A stretch of 64,000 bases of DNA, from contig JAUCQB010000088.1 of the NCBI GenBank assembly GCA_030372985.1, forward strand, positions 9,583-73,582, written 5' to 3'. The notes below the pieces were generated by a model. That model searched no databases and was not told where the DNA came from. It saw nothing but the letters and a program-made list of their open reading frames with translations. A program made the translations under genes and the position numbers. The first letter of the stretch is position 1. Each line of letters opens with the position of its first letter. This document shows, piece by piece, positions 19,785 to 28,800 of the stretch. The stretch is from Phycisphaerae bacterium (GTDB lineage: Bacteria; Planctomycetota; Phycisphaerae; UBA1845; PWPN01).

Positions 19785-20159
19785 ATGAAACGTCGATTGT
19801 CGTTAGTTCTCGTGGTCGCCTTGTTTCCCGCCGCCTGTTGCGCCCCCTGCGGAGAACGAGAAATCCAGCAGGGCTGTGCCCGTCGATGCAGCAACCTTCG
19901 CAAAACCACCGGCTGGCTGATCGAGGCTGAAGAGCGTCGGCCGGCCGAACTGGAGCACACCTGCCGGATCATCCAGGAACAGTGCCAGCACGACGTGCAG
20001 AAGGCCTGTGTCGACAACCCGGCAACGGCGGCCCAATGGACCGAGGATGAATTCACCCGCTGGCAAAAACGGGCACCCATCTACCTCCAGCGAACAACCG
20101 AGGAACTCTGCGGTGACCCGGCAAACATCTGTCGCACCTTGCCGATGATCGTGAACTGA
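19785..20159 (+). CDS. Hypothetical Cys-rich exported protein (124 aa)
   Basis: The ATG is preceded by GGAG 7 nt upstream. It has a signal or lipoprotein-like N-terminus (MKRRLSLVLVVALFPAACC) and about 10 Cys. I recognise no family. Confidence 0.55.
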   Translation: MKRRLSLVLVVALFPAACCAPCGEREIQQGCARRCSNLRKTTGWLIEAEERRPAELEHTCRIIQEQCQHDVQKACVDNPATAAQWTEDEFTRWQKRAPIYLQRTTEELCGDPANICRTLPMIVN

Positions 20160-20322
20160 CCTCCCAAAGACGATAGCCGTTTTGGCAACGAGCCGCGCGA
20201 GGCGCACGCCGCTCCTGCCAGGACCCCCTCTTTGCTCCTGTCTTGTCTGCTGACGCTCTGGTGACGCGGCAAAAACTTGCCATCAGGCTGTTGCTGATGT
20301 AGCATGGAGGCGTGACAGTTTT

Positions 20323-21072
20323 GTGTCGGGATTGTTTCGGCTCGCCCCTCGGAAAGCTGAGGATACCGTGGTCGACGAGACTTTCCTGCCGACGCGGCCT
20401 GTTGGCACCCGGTTCGGCCGGTGGATCGGGGCCGCGCTGTTGCTGCACTTCGCGTACGTGGTCGGGGTCATCAATCTCCTGAGACAGGCGCCGGGCGAGG
20501 TTCTGTGGCTTTGCCACGTCAGCCTGTTTCTGGCAGGCCTCGGGTTGGTCATGCAATCCGTCCGCCTGGTGGCAATCGCTTGCACCGCCATCGCCCTGCC
20601 GCATGCGCTGTGGCTGGTGGACAGCCTCTCCGGGCTGCTGCTTGGCTGGTTTCCGCTGGGAGCCACCGCCTACCTATTGACCGCGGACACGTGGACTCGA
20701 ATCGCCACCGCTCACCACTTTTATCTTGCCCCGCTGCTGGTGGTGATCATGTGGCGGCACGGCTCGTTCTCCCGTGCCGCGCTGCCGGGCGCTTCGGCTC
20801 TGTTTCTGCTGCTCAGCGTGACCAGCCGTCTCGCCGTGTCACCCGCGCTGAACGTGAACTACGCCTTCTTCGCAGTCCCCGCGGCTGACCATCCATTCGT
20901 CGCCTGGGTCAACAGCCTGGGTGCGATTCCTTATGTCCTGGTGATTAACGCATTCGCGACCGGCGCGTTGTTTGCACCGGTTGCCCTGCTGCTGAGCCGC
21001 GGCTCTTACCGAACAAGGCGTGAGCGGGACGGCCGGACGTTTTCGCTGCCGGCTTTTGAGGCACACCCTTGA
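20323..21072 (+). CDS. Hypothetical polytopic membrane protein (249 aa)
   Basis: GTG start. There are at least 6 hydrophobic segments (e.g. WIGAALLLHFAYVVGVINLL, LWLCHVSLFLAGLGLVM, VAIACTAIALPHALWLV, FYLAPLLVVIMW, ASALFLLLSV, IPYVLVINAFATGALFAPVALLL). I recognise no family. Confidence 0.6.
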   Translation: MSGLFRLAPRKAEDTVVDETFLPTRPVGTRFGRWIGAALLLHFAYVVGVINLLRQAPGEVLWLCHVSLFLAGLGLVMQSVRLVAIACTAIALPHALWLVDSLSGLLLGWFPLGATAYLLTADTWTRIATAHHFYLAPLLVVIMWRHGSFSRAALPGASALFLLLSVTSRLAVSPALNVNYAFFAVPAADHPFVAWVNSLGAIPYVLVINAFATGALFAPVALLLSRGSYRTRRERDGRTFSLPAFEAHP

Positions 21073-21203
21073 CGCCAGACTCCGCCGGGCCTCCCGCCCG
21101 GACAGAACAGACCATGTCAGGAGGTAACCTCCGCCCGGACAGTCGCTGCCCAGGCTTTTGCCGGACAAATCCCGGCGATTGCAGACTCCCGGCCCGGAGC
21201 GGG

Positions 21204-21209
21204 TATAAT
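21204..21209 (+). promoter_or_regulatory. Candidate -10 hexamer (GGTATAAT)
   Basis: A perfect TATAAT lies 59 bp upstream of the ATG at 21268. It overlaps the upstream ATG of the supplied ORF (21208), which argues for the 21268 start. Confidence 0.3.
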
Positions 21210-21267
21210 GGCTCTCAGTCGGCGGGCCAAGACCGCCGGCACATCCATACAGAACCGGGGCAAGACC

Positions 21268-21558
21268 ATGATCCAGTGTAACGAGTGCGAGTTCTTCGTC
21301 CGAGGCCCGGCAGGGCAAGTCGGCTTCAAGTGCGACCCGTTCAGCACCATCAAGGAGCCCGAGTGTCTGGTCAAATGGCAGTTGATCAAGCTGGACATGA
21401 TGGTTCAGTCCTACCAGGCAACGGTCGCCATGTATCGTCGATTGGCCCCGCTGCAAGAGAAGATGTTCCGGCATATGGAACGGGAAATCGACGACATCGA
21501 CGAGTCAGACCGATGGAAGGTGAGTCCGGACGAGGACGAAGAGAACGAGAACCCCTGA
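21268..21558 (+). CDS. Hypothetical 96-aa protein with N-terminal CxxC...C...C zinc-ribbon-like motif and acidic tail
   Basis: MIQCNECEFFVRGPAGQVGFKCDPFSTIKEPEC is followed by a helical region and the tail DEDEENENP. The start was chosen at the ATG downstream of the TATAAT. Confidence 0.55.
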   Translation: MIQCNECEFFVRGPAGQVGFKCDPFSTIKEPECLVKWQLIKLDMMVQSYQATVAMYRRLAPLQEKMFRHMEREIDDIDESDRWKVSPDEDEENENP

Positions 21559-21974
21559 AACCGGTACAGGCTGCTCTGTCCTGAGATCGGGGTGCTCGGG
21601 CAGAACCAACCTTTCGCAGAAACCGTCGCAAACTGACCGATCAACCGACCACCCGGGCCGTCTGCCTCGCCCCGGTCGACATCGCCGATATCAATACTGG
21701 CGTTCAAGTGCCCCGCATACACGGCCTCTCCCTGCCGCGTCGGGTACCTGCCCGGCATTCTCGCTTTTGGCGCCAGAGGTCACGACAAGAGGCGGATGGT
21801 CGTCAATCACAAAGGCCTTATCGCTGTGCAGACCGGACAAAACGGCCGCCGTGGTTATGGGGCTGCTGATCTTTTCCGATACTGGATTTACAGGCTGTCG
21901 ATGGGCCAGTCGCGAAACCGTGCGATGAGCCTCGGCGGGATGCCGGGTCCGATTGAGTGGAGAAGACAGATACG

Positions 21975-23267
21975 ATGTCTCGATGGGCCTATGCCGACCG
22001 ACTTGGACCGCGCACCGCGCATGCCTCCGGCTTGCGGTGTGCGGTGTTCGGCATCGCCGCCTTGTTGATCACACCGCCGATGCCAACCTTGGGCCAATCG
22101 CGACCGAGCGGAGCGATCACCGATCGCGACCGCGCCGCAGACGACTCTCTTGAACGCTTGTTTGCAGAGGCCGGGGACTTCAAACTCGCAAGCGGGCAGG
22201 AGCTACGCCACGTGCTGGCTCGCTCCGCGGATGACGAACTGGCCGTCCGGCTGGCAATCCGGGAGGCATGCCAATCCTGGCGTTCCTGGCGCCACCCGCG
22301 AGGACTACTTGAGCTTGACGCCTGGATGCCCATCTCCGCTCTGGATGGCACGTTGGCGACGGTCATTCAGCGTCGTTTCGAGAATGTGGACGGCTTGCTG
22401 CCGATGGCGATCACCTGGGCCCGGTCGAACCCTCCTGCGATCCTGGCGACCGGACAATACCTGCCCTCGAGCGGACTTGTGAATGAACACCCGGGCTGGC
22501 GGCACTGCAGCCCCTGGCAGATGGCACTGGCTGCGAGAGCCGCGGCCGCCGATGCGCGGGCAGCCATGCTTGTTCGCCTGGCTTATTGCAGGACGTCGGA
22601 CGGCCAGGAGTTGGGATTCATCCTGCATCGCGAAAAGAAGCTGAGAGCCGCGATCAGCAGCCTGCTCAACTACGCGCCGGTGGCAGAGCCCATGTTTGAG
22701 CCGACGGGCGTGTGTCGGGTTGACATGACGCTCACGCGGCTGGAACTGGTGGCGCTGCTGCGGGAGGCGAGCCGTGCCGTCGAGGGTGTCGGGGGACGCG
22801 GGCTTCTCGGGTTAGGTGATCCTCCTACTCCCGACGACCTGGCAGCCGAAGGGTATGCGGTTGCCCCGCCGCTTCCGAGCATACACCAGCCGCCGCTCAA
22901 GAACAGAACCGAACCGCCGCCGCCCGAGTGGGCGCACCGCTTCCTCGTGGTCCAAGGAGCCGGCAGGGCGCCCTCGGATACGATCGACGAGGCAAGTCGC
23001 GACGAGTGGGCCGAACGAGCCGCCCGTATCGAAGCCTATCGCCAGCTCTGGAGGCAAATAGAGGATCTTCCTCTGGACGACGGCGAAACCATCGGCCTGC
23101 GGATGCACAAGGACCCGAAGCTCATATCAGAGCTGTCGAGCCTCGGTCGGTTCATGGCCGATACGGGTGAACCGCTTCATGCCAATGATGGAGCGATCAC
23201 CATCAGTACCGGAGTCCACCTTCAAATCGTCTGGCGGATGCTGTCCGCAATTGACCGGGCCCGCTGA
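21975..23267 (+). CDS. Hypothetical exported protein (430 aa)
   Basis: The ATG at 21975 is preceded by GGAGAAG 9 nt upstream. It has a hydrophobic N-terminal segment (LRCAVFGIAALLITPP). I recognise no family. Confidence 0.6.
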   Translation: MSRWAYADRLGPRTAHASGLRCAVFGIAALLITPPMPTLGQSRPSGAITDRDRAADDSLERLFAEAGDFKLASGQELRHVLARSADDELAVRLAIREACQSWRSWRHPRGLLELDAWMPISALDGTLATVIQRRFENVDGLLPMAITWARSNPPAILATGQYLPSSGLVNEHPGWRHCSPWQMALAARAAAADARAAMLVRLAYCRTSDGQELGFILHREKKLRAAISSLLNYAPVAEPMFEPTGVCRVDMTLTRLELVALLREASRAVEGVGGRGLLGLGDPPTPDDLAAEGYAVAPPLPSIHQPPLKNRTEPPPPEWAHRFLVVQGAGRAPSDTIDEASRDEWAERAARIEAYRQLWRQIEDLPLDDGETIGLRMHKDPKLISELSSLGRFMADTGEPLHANDGAITISTGVHLQIVWRMLSAIDRAR

Positions 23268-23420
23268 TTCCCCCTCGACACGGCGCGGTTGGCTCGTCTT
23301 ATCGCCCGATTCCCCTCAGGACTTGCCTTGTGGCCGTCTTCGCCTGAGACTGTGCCCTGAAACGGGAGCGTCATCGCGCGTCCGGCGGCGCTGGGACGGA
23401 GTCTTGCGGGGGACGACCTT

Positions 23421-23984
23421 TTGGAATGGCTGTCAATCTGGGGAATGGCCGTCGGGCTGGCGATGGACGCCTTCGCGGTTTCCATCGCCGTCGGCCTGGC
23501 CGTCGGCAGGGTCACGCCCCGGCACGTGTTCCGCATTGCCTGGCACTTTGGCCTCTTCCAGTTCATGATGCCGGTGATCGGGTGGTGGACCGGTACTCGA
23601 ATCGCGGGATACGTCGCGAGTTGGGACCACTGGCTGGCCTGCGGTCTGCTGTGCTTCATCGGCGGAAAAATGCTGTTTGGAGCATTCGAGAAACACGGAC
23701 AGGGCAGGCAGGCGGACCCGACGCGGGGCTGGTTGCTGGTCACCCTGTCGGTGGCGACCAGCATCGACGCGCTGGCCGTCGGGCTGACCACGGCGTTTCT
23801 CAACGTCACCATCTGGTTGCCCGCGGTGATCATCGGGGTAGTCGCCTGCGCCTTCAGCGCTATCGGTATCACGTTTGCCAACAAAGTCTTAGGGAGATTC
23901 GGCAGAACGGCCGAAGTGATGGGCGGCCTGATGTTGATCCTGATCGGCATCAGGGTCTGTTTTCAGCACATGGCGTCATCGTGA
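23421..23984 (+). CDS. mntP: Manganese efflux pump MntP
   Basis: The sequence (M)EWLSIWGMAVGLAMDAFAVSIAVGL ... SIDALAVGL shows the duplicated DUF204/MntP signature. The TTG start at 23421 is preceded by GGGGGA. The length (187 aa) is typical. Confidence 0.85.
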   Translation: MEWLSIWGMAVGLAMDAFAVSIAVGLAVGRVTPRHVFRIAWHFGLFQFMMPVIGWWTGTRIAGYVASWDHWLACGLLCFIGGKMLFGAFEKHGQGRQADPTRGWLLVTLSVATSIDALAVGLTTAFLNVTIWLPAVIIGVVACAFSAIGITFANKVLGRFGRTAEVMGGLMLILIGIRVCFQHMASS

Positions 23985-24028
23985 CCGCCGGGCCGGTCAT
24001 CGACGGTCGGCGCCACCTGGTGACGCGT

Positions 24029-24034
24029 TATAAT
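24029..24034 (+). promoter_or_regulatory. Candidate -10 hexamer
   Basis: A perfect TATAAT lies 36 bp upstream of the ATG at 24070. Confidence 0.25.
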
Positions 24035-24069
24035 CAGCGTGTTTGGCTGCCACAGAGGGAGTTGTTTGA

Positions 24070-25152
24070 ATGGCTTGCTGCATGATCACCCGCCGGCTGC
24101 CGGTGGGGCTGATGAGTATCGTCCTTTTGTCGACCGCCGGCTGCGGGGGATGGCCTTTCGGCTACATCCCGTCAGTGGTCGTGGGTGAGTTGGGCTTCCT
24201 CGGTCGACGGGTCCCGATCGAGCAGGCCCTGAACGATCCGACGCTATCCGGGGAACAGAAGGACAAGCTGGCGTTTCTACTGCGAGCGAGGGACTACTGC
24301 AGCAACGTCGTGGGACTTGAGATCGGCAACAACTTCCGCACCTTCGTCAACCTCCAGGGCGAGGCGCTGGCCTGGAATCTGACGGCGTCGAGAAAGGATG
24401 CGATTGAGCCCTATTATTGGTATGTCCCGTTCGCCGGCTCTCTCCCGTACCTCGGCTTCTTCGATCTGAGCAAAACGCTTCGGGAAAGAGACCGGCTTGT
24501 TGCCGCCGGATATGACACCTTCATCTACGAAGTGGACGCCTTCGCGATTCCTTTTCTGCCCGATCCGATGACCTCGCGACTCCTCGAACGAGGCTATGGC
24601 AGCCTGGCCGACACCGTCGCCCACGAACTGACACACAACACGGTGATGAGCATGAACGACATCACCTTCAGCGAATCATTGGCCGTTTTCGTTGGGCGGA
24701 CGGTGGCCATCGAATTCCTGGGGGTCGAGTTCGGGGAGGATTCGCCTCTGATCCAGGAAACCGTTGAGATGTACGAGGACGATGACGTGTTCAGACAGTT
24801 CCTGCGCGAGCTGACCGACGAACTGAACGCCCTCTACGACAGTGACGCGTCGTCCGAGGAGAAGATCGCGGCCCGGGTGGGAATCTTCGAAGGCTGGCGC
24901 GATCGGTTCGCGGAAGAAGCTCTTCCGCTGATGCACTCCCCCGAGGACTACGAGGCGTATACCGAAAAGCTGTTGAACAACGCCTTCCTGCTGGTTGACC
25001 GGCGATACTACAGCAGCCAGCAGGTCTTCGAGCAAGCCTTTGAACTGGTCGGCCGCGACTGGTCGCGGGCCCTTGACCTTTTCTCCGCCGCCGCCAACAG
25101 CGATAACCCGACACAATACCTGGAAGATGTGGTTAATAGTGGCGACCCCTGA
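24070..25152 (+). CDS. Predicted zinc aminopeptidase lipoprotein (COG4324-like)
   Basis: It has a lipoprotein signal (LMSIVLLSTAGC) and an HExxH motif in VAHELTHN. The overall resemblance is to the predicted-aminopeptidase (PF10023-like) family. This call comes from memory of the family, not from a search. Confidence 0.6.
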   Translation: MACCMITRRLPVGLMSIVLLSTAGCGGWPFGYIPSVVVGELGFLGRRVPIEQALNDPTLSGEQKDKLAFLLRARDYCSNVVGLEIGNNFRTFVNLQGEALAWNLTASRKDAIEPYYWYVPFAGSLPYLGFFDLSKTLRERDRLVAAGYDTFIYEVDAFAIPFLPDPMTSRLLERGYGSLADTVAHELTHNTVMSMNDITFSESLAVFVGRTVAIEFLGVEFGEDSPLIQETVEMYEDDDVFRQFLRELTDELNALYDSDASSEEKIAARVGIFEGWRDRFAEEALPLMHSPEDYEAYTEKLLNNAFLLVDRRYYSSQQVFEQAFELVGRDWSRALDLFSAAANSDNPTQYLEDVVNSGDP

Positions 25153-25478
25153 TTCGCGGCCTCGATCGCGCCGCCGTCGCTGACCTTTCGTCGCCCAAGC
25201 CCCGACGCACGAAGCTTGTGGAAGGCCGCAGCACGTCTGATTCGCCGGAGAAACAGCGGCTTTTCAGATTGTGCCGGCTATCCACAAATTCGGGCGCTTG
25301 CCCCGATGGCGGACATGCCATGGGCGGGGAAGGCCGGAGTGTGCGCCGCACATTCGGAAGGAGCCGATGGACTCTTCCTGCCCCCGCCCATCTCGCAACT
25401 GCCTGCCAACGCAGGAATTACGACCTTCGGCGACAACCCCATTGATCAAATCGGGCCTCGGGGCACTTTGCGGTCCGA

Positions 25479-25484
25479 TATAAT
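25479..25484 (+). promoter_or_regulatory. Candidate -10 hexamer far upstream of the C25-like gene
   Basis: A perfect TATAAT lies 413 bp upstream of the ATG at 25897, inside a 745-bp gap with no credible ORF. Confidence 0.25.
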
Positions 25485-25896
25485 AGCCCGTAGTTGCCGT
25501 AGTCCGGCAGGCTTTGGATATGCGCTCGGACAGCGAGAGGTCGTGAAGTGGCCGGTTTCTTCGAGCCTCCGAGGTGAGGCTCGAACCCGAGTGCGCGAAC
25601 GGCAGGCGAGGTCGAGAAAGAAGTGCGAGCTCACCCAGAGATGCGTCAGTGGCCCGAGAGACGGCCCTGACCGTCACGCCAAGCCGAAGCTGTTTCCAAA
25701 TAGGGAGTAGCGAGTCGAAAAGGGACCTGGCCTCTGCCGTGCCAGGAACACCCGGGCAGCGCCCGCTTGCACTCCGGGTCTCGAAGAACCACGCCGGAAC
25801 CGGGACACGACGTGGGTGCGGCAGGCAGCGGTCCCACAACAAACAGAGATTGGCCCGAGGCGGCGCCTGCGAGCGCACGAGCCGCGCGAATCGAAC

Positions 25897-28800
25897 ATGA
25901 GGAAAGTTGCGATCATTCCGGCGAGCTTCCTTGCACTGGCGATCTGGCTGTCAAACGAATCGCCGGGAGGAACCCTCTCCGCCAGTTGGAACACGGCCCT
26001 CGATCAGCTCAGCCTGACAGATGAAGGCTCGTACACGCGCGTGCAGCTTGAAGGCGCGACCGTCCCCGGGCAGGCACCCGGCCTTCCGAGCCTGCCGAGC
26101 CGCCTGGTCTATCTGGTGGTCCCCCCGGGCGCGGTCGTGACCGACCTTCGGTTGACGGCCACAGAAACCCCGGTAGCTGCGGGCATTGTCGTCTACCCCA
26201 GCCAGCCCGATCGCACACCCGATGACCCGGCGGCCGACTTTATCGAGCCGGACGCCGCGGTCTTCGGATGGAATCCCGTGTACCCCGCCCAGATCGGCAC
26301 GCTCGTCGGGACGAGCTGGCTGGGCGGCTATCAGTTGGCCGTTGTACGCCTCAACCCTGTCCGATACGACTCGGGCCGTCGGGAACTGCTGCTGGCCGCC
26401 TCGATCACGGCAACATTAAGTTACGAAGAGACAGATGCCCCGTCGGATGCCGCGGTTTCGGTTCCCGACACGGCCAGGCAACGCGTGCTCGATCTCGTGT
26501 CCAATCCGCAGGATGTCGACCGATTCTCGCCCATGTACCAGGAGGAAGGCCTCCCCTCCGCCGACACGAGACGCCCATCACCGATCATCACTGCGGGCGA
26601 CGGTACGGCCATTTACCTTCTGATCACCAGCAGTGCACTCGCCCCGGCCTTCCAGCCGCTGGTGGATCGTCGGACTCTCCAGGGCAAAACAGGTCAACTT
26701 GTCACGATCGAGACGATTCAGACCGCCTTTGCCGGCGTCGACCTGCCGGACAAGATTCGCAACTGCGTCAGGCAGTACTATCAGAATCACGGAACGGCGT
26801 GGGTGGCCCTGGGCGGCTCGGAAAGCGTGGTGCCGCCCCGCTACGTGGAGGGGAACATCCCGGTCGATTTGTACTACGGATGCCTCGACGGCGATTGGAA
26901 CGCCGACATGGACGACACTTACGGGGAGGCCCAGGTGGACAACACCGATCTGTCGCCTGAGGTCTGGGTCGGCCGCATCCCGGCGCAGACTTCCGCCCAG
27001 GCAACGGCCTATGTCAACAAGGTCGAGCGATTCGAGAACACCCCGCCCGGCGGTTTCTCCGGCAGCATGCTGATCGGCAGCAACCTGAGCTGGTTCATGT
27101 CCGGCCTGGCACGCCCCATCGGCTACGATGACCACGACCCCGTCGCCGAGAGCGAAGCCCCGATGCGCAACCTCTATCGCAATGTGATCCAGCCTTATTG
27201 GCAGGCCATGCCGCTTGACCTGCTGTTCACGACCTACTCGACATGGGATACCACCGCCTGCGGCGACTACGGCGTGACGCCCGAACACATGACAGCGCGG
27301 CTGAACTGGGGCTATCACTACGTCTACCTGTGGGGCTCCAGCAACGGCAGCAGCGGCGCCGGGCTCGACGCGGCGATGGGAGCGGCGCTCACCAACAGCA
27401 ACCGGCCGAGCATCATGTACGTTACGGCTTCATCAACTGCGGCGTACGACCAGCAGGAGCCGTGCATCAGCGAGGCTTTCCTGCGAAACGCCAACGGCGG
27501 AGCTGTGGCGTACGTCGGGGCCACCCGAAGCGCAGCCAGCACCGACTACCATGCCACCCTCTTCTTTAAGGAGGTCTTCCAGAACCGCCTGCCAACGGTG
27601 GGCGAAGCCTTCGGAACGGCGATGATGAAGGAAGCCCCGTATCGGATCTACAAGGACAACTGGCGATCGTGGTACCTGTCCCTTTGCCTTCATGGAGACC
27701 CGGCGATCTCGTTTAAGGAAGCCGAGTCCGGAAGGCACCTTCAGATCATCTCACCGAACGGCTGCGAGATTCTTCCCGATAACGGCGACATGCTCATCCG
27801 CTGGAACGCCTCCGGCACGGGCTTTTCCGCCGACGAGATGGTGAAGCTGCAATACTCCGCGGACGGCGGCACGACCTGGCTGCCCGTTCCTGGCGCGCAG
27901 GAGCGACCATTCAACAGCCGCATATTCATCTGGGAAGGCCACCAGTTGCCCGCAGGCACTCGCTATCGCGTTCGCGTGGTGAGTCTGTCCAGCCCGACCG
28001 TCTACGACTCATCCACCCGCGACTTCACGATCGGACCGCTCTACATCCTGACCGTTCAGTCGACGCCGAACACCAATCTGCTGGTGACCGGGACGCACCC
28101 CAACTACACCAACTACACCTACAGCATGCTGTTAAGTCGCCCCATCGAACTGACCGCCCCCGTGGTCAGCGGCTACAACTTCAGCCGCTGGGCCGGGGCC
28201 AACGGCAACACCTTGACCTACGACTCCACCCTGCGCTTCACGTGCCAAGGCAACAAAACGACAACCGCCGAGTACGCATCGCCCGTCGGATCTCGCAGCT
28301 ACTACGTCAACGACGACATACCCGAAAGCGGCTTTGCGCCGGGCAACGACGACAACGACGGGCTCAGCCCTCTCAGACCGATACGCCACATTCAGCAGGT
28401 GTTCAACCGGTATGCGGATGTGGCGGCGGTCTATGTCTCTGCGGGTGTCTTCGAGGAGAACCTCCAGATCAGCCGCAGTTACTCGAACCTGGTCATCGAG
28501 GGGGCATACGGCGGCCGAACGGTCATCGACGGCGGATCGGTCGGTCGCTGCCTGACGCTGACCGGCGTCGGCTCCTGCACGTTGCGCGGGTTGACGCTCC
28601 GCAACGGCTGGGCCGACACCGGAGGAGCGATTCGGACCACCGCGTACGCCGTGCAGCTCAGCCGGTGCGAGATCATGTCCAGTACGGCGACGAACTCCGG
28701 CGGTGCGATTTACGTCGGCGGCGTCTCCCTGAATGTGAGCAACTCGGTCCTGGCGGGCAACGCATCCCCGATCGGTGGCGGCATCGATGTCTATCATTCG

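Noticed and set aside
20277-20305. TTGCCA-17 nt-TAGCAT sigma70-like promoter upstream of the membrane-protein gene
   Set aside because: The spacing is ideal. However, the predicted start site would fall downstream of the only Shine-Dalgarno-like GGAGG (20306-20310) and about 10 nt from the GTG start. The evidence is too ambiguous to list as a feature.
23268-23420. Possible yybP-ykoY (Mn2+) riboswitch upstream of mntP
   Set aside because: I looked for the conserved GGGGAGUAG 5' element followed by the UUGACA/…AGACC 3' elements. Only loose fragments are present (ACGGGAGCG, GAGAC), and in the wrong order. A covariance-model search would be needed to be sure.
25540-25720. tRNA-like or RNase P-like RNA in the long gap upstream of the C25-like gene
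   Set aside because: GGCTCGAACCCGAG looks like a T-arm, but no acceptor or anticodon arms can be built around it. CCAAATAGGG and GAGAAAGAAGTGCGAGCTCACC weakly recall RNase P motifs. The universal GGAAAGTCC (P4) element and the 3' ACAGAAxCCGGCTTA element are missing.
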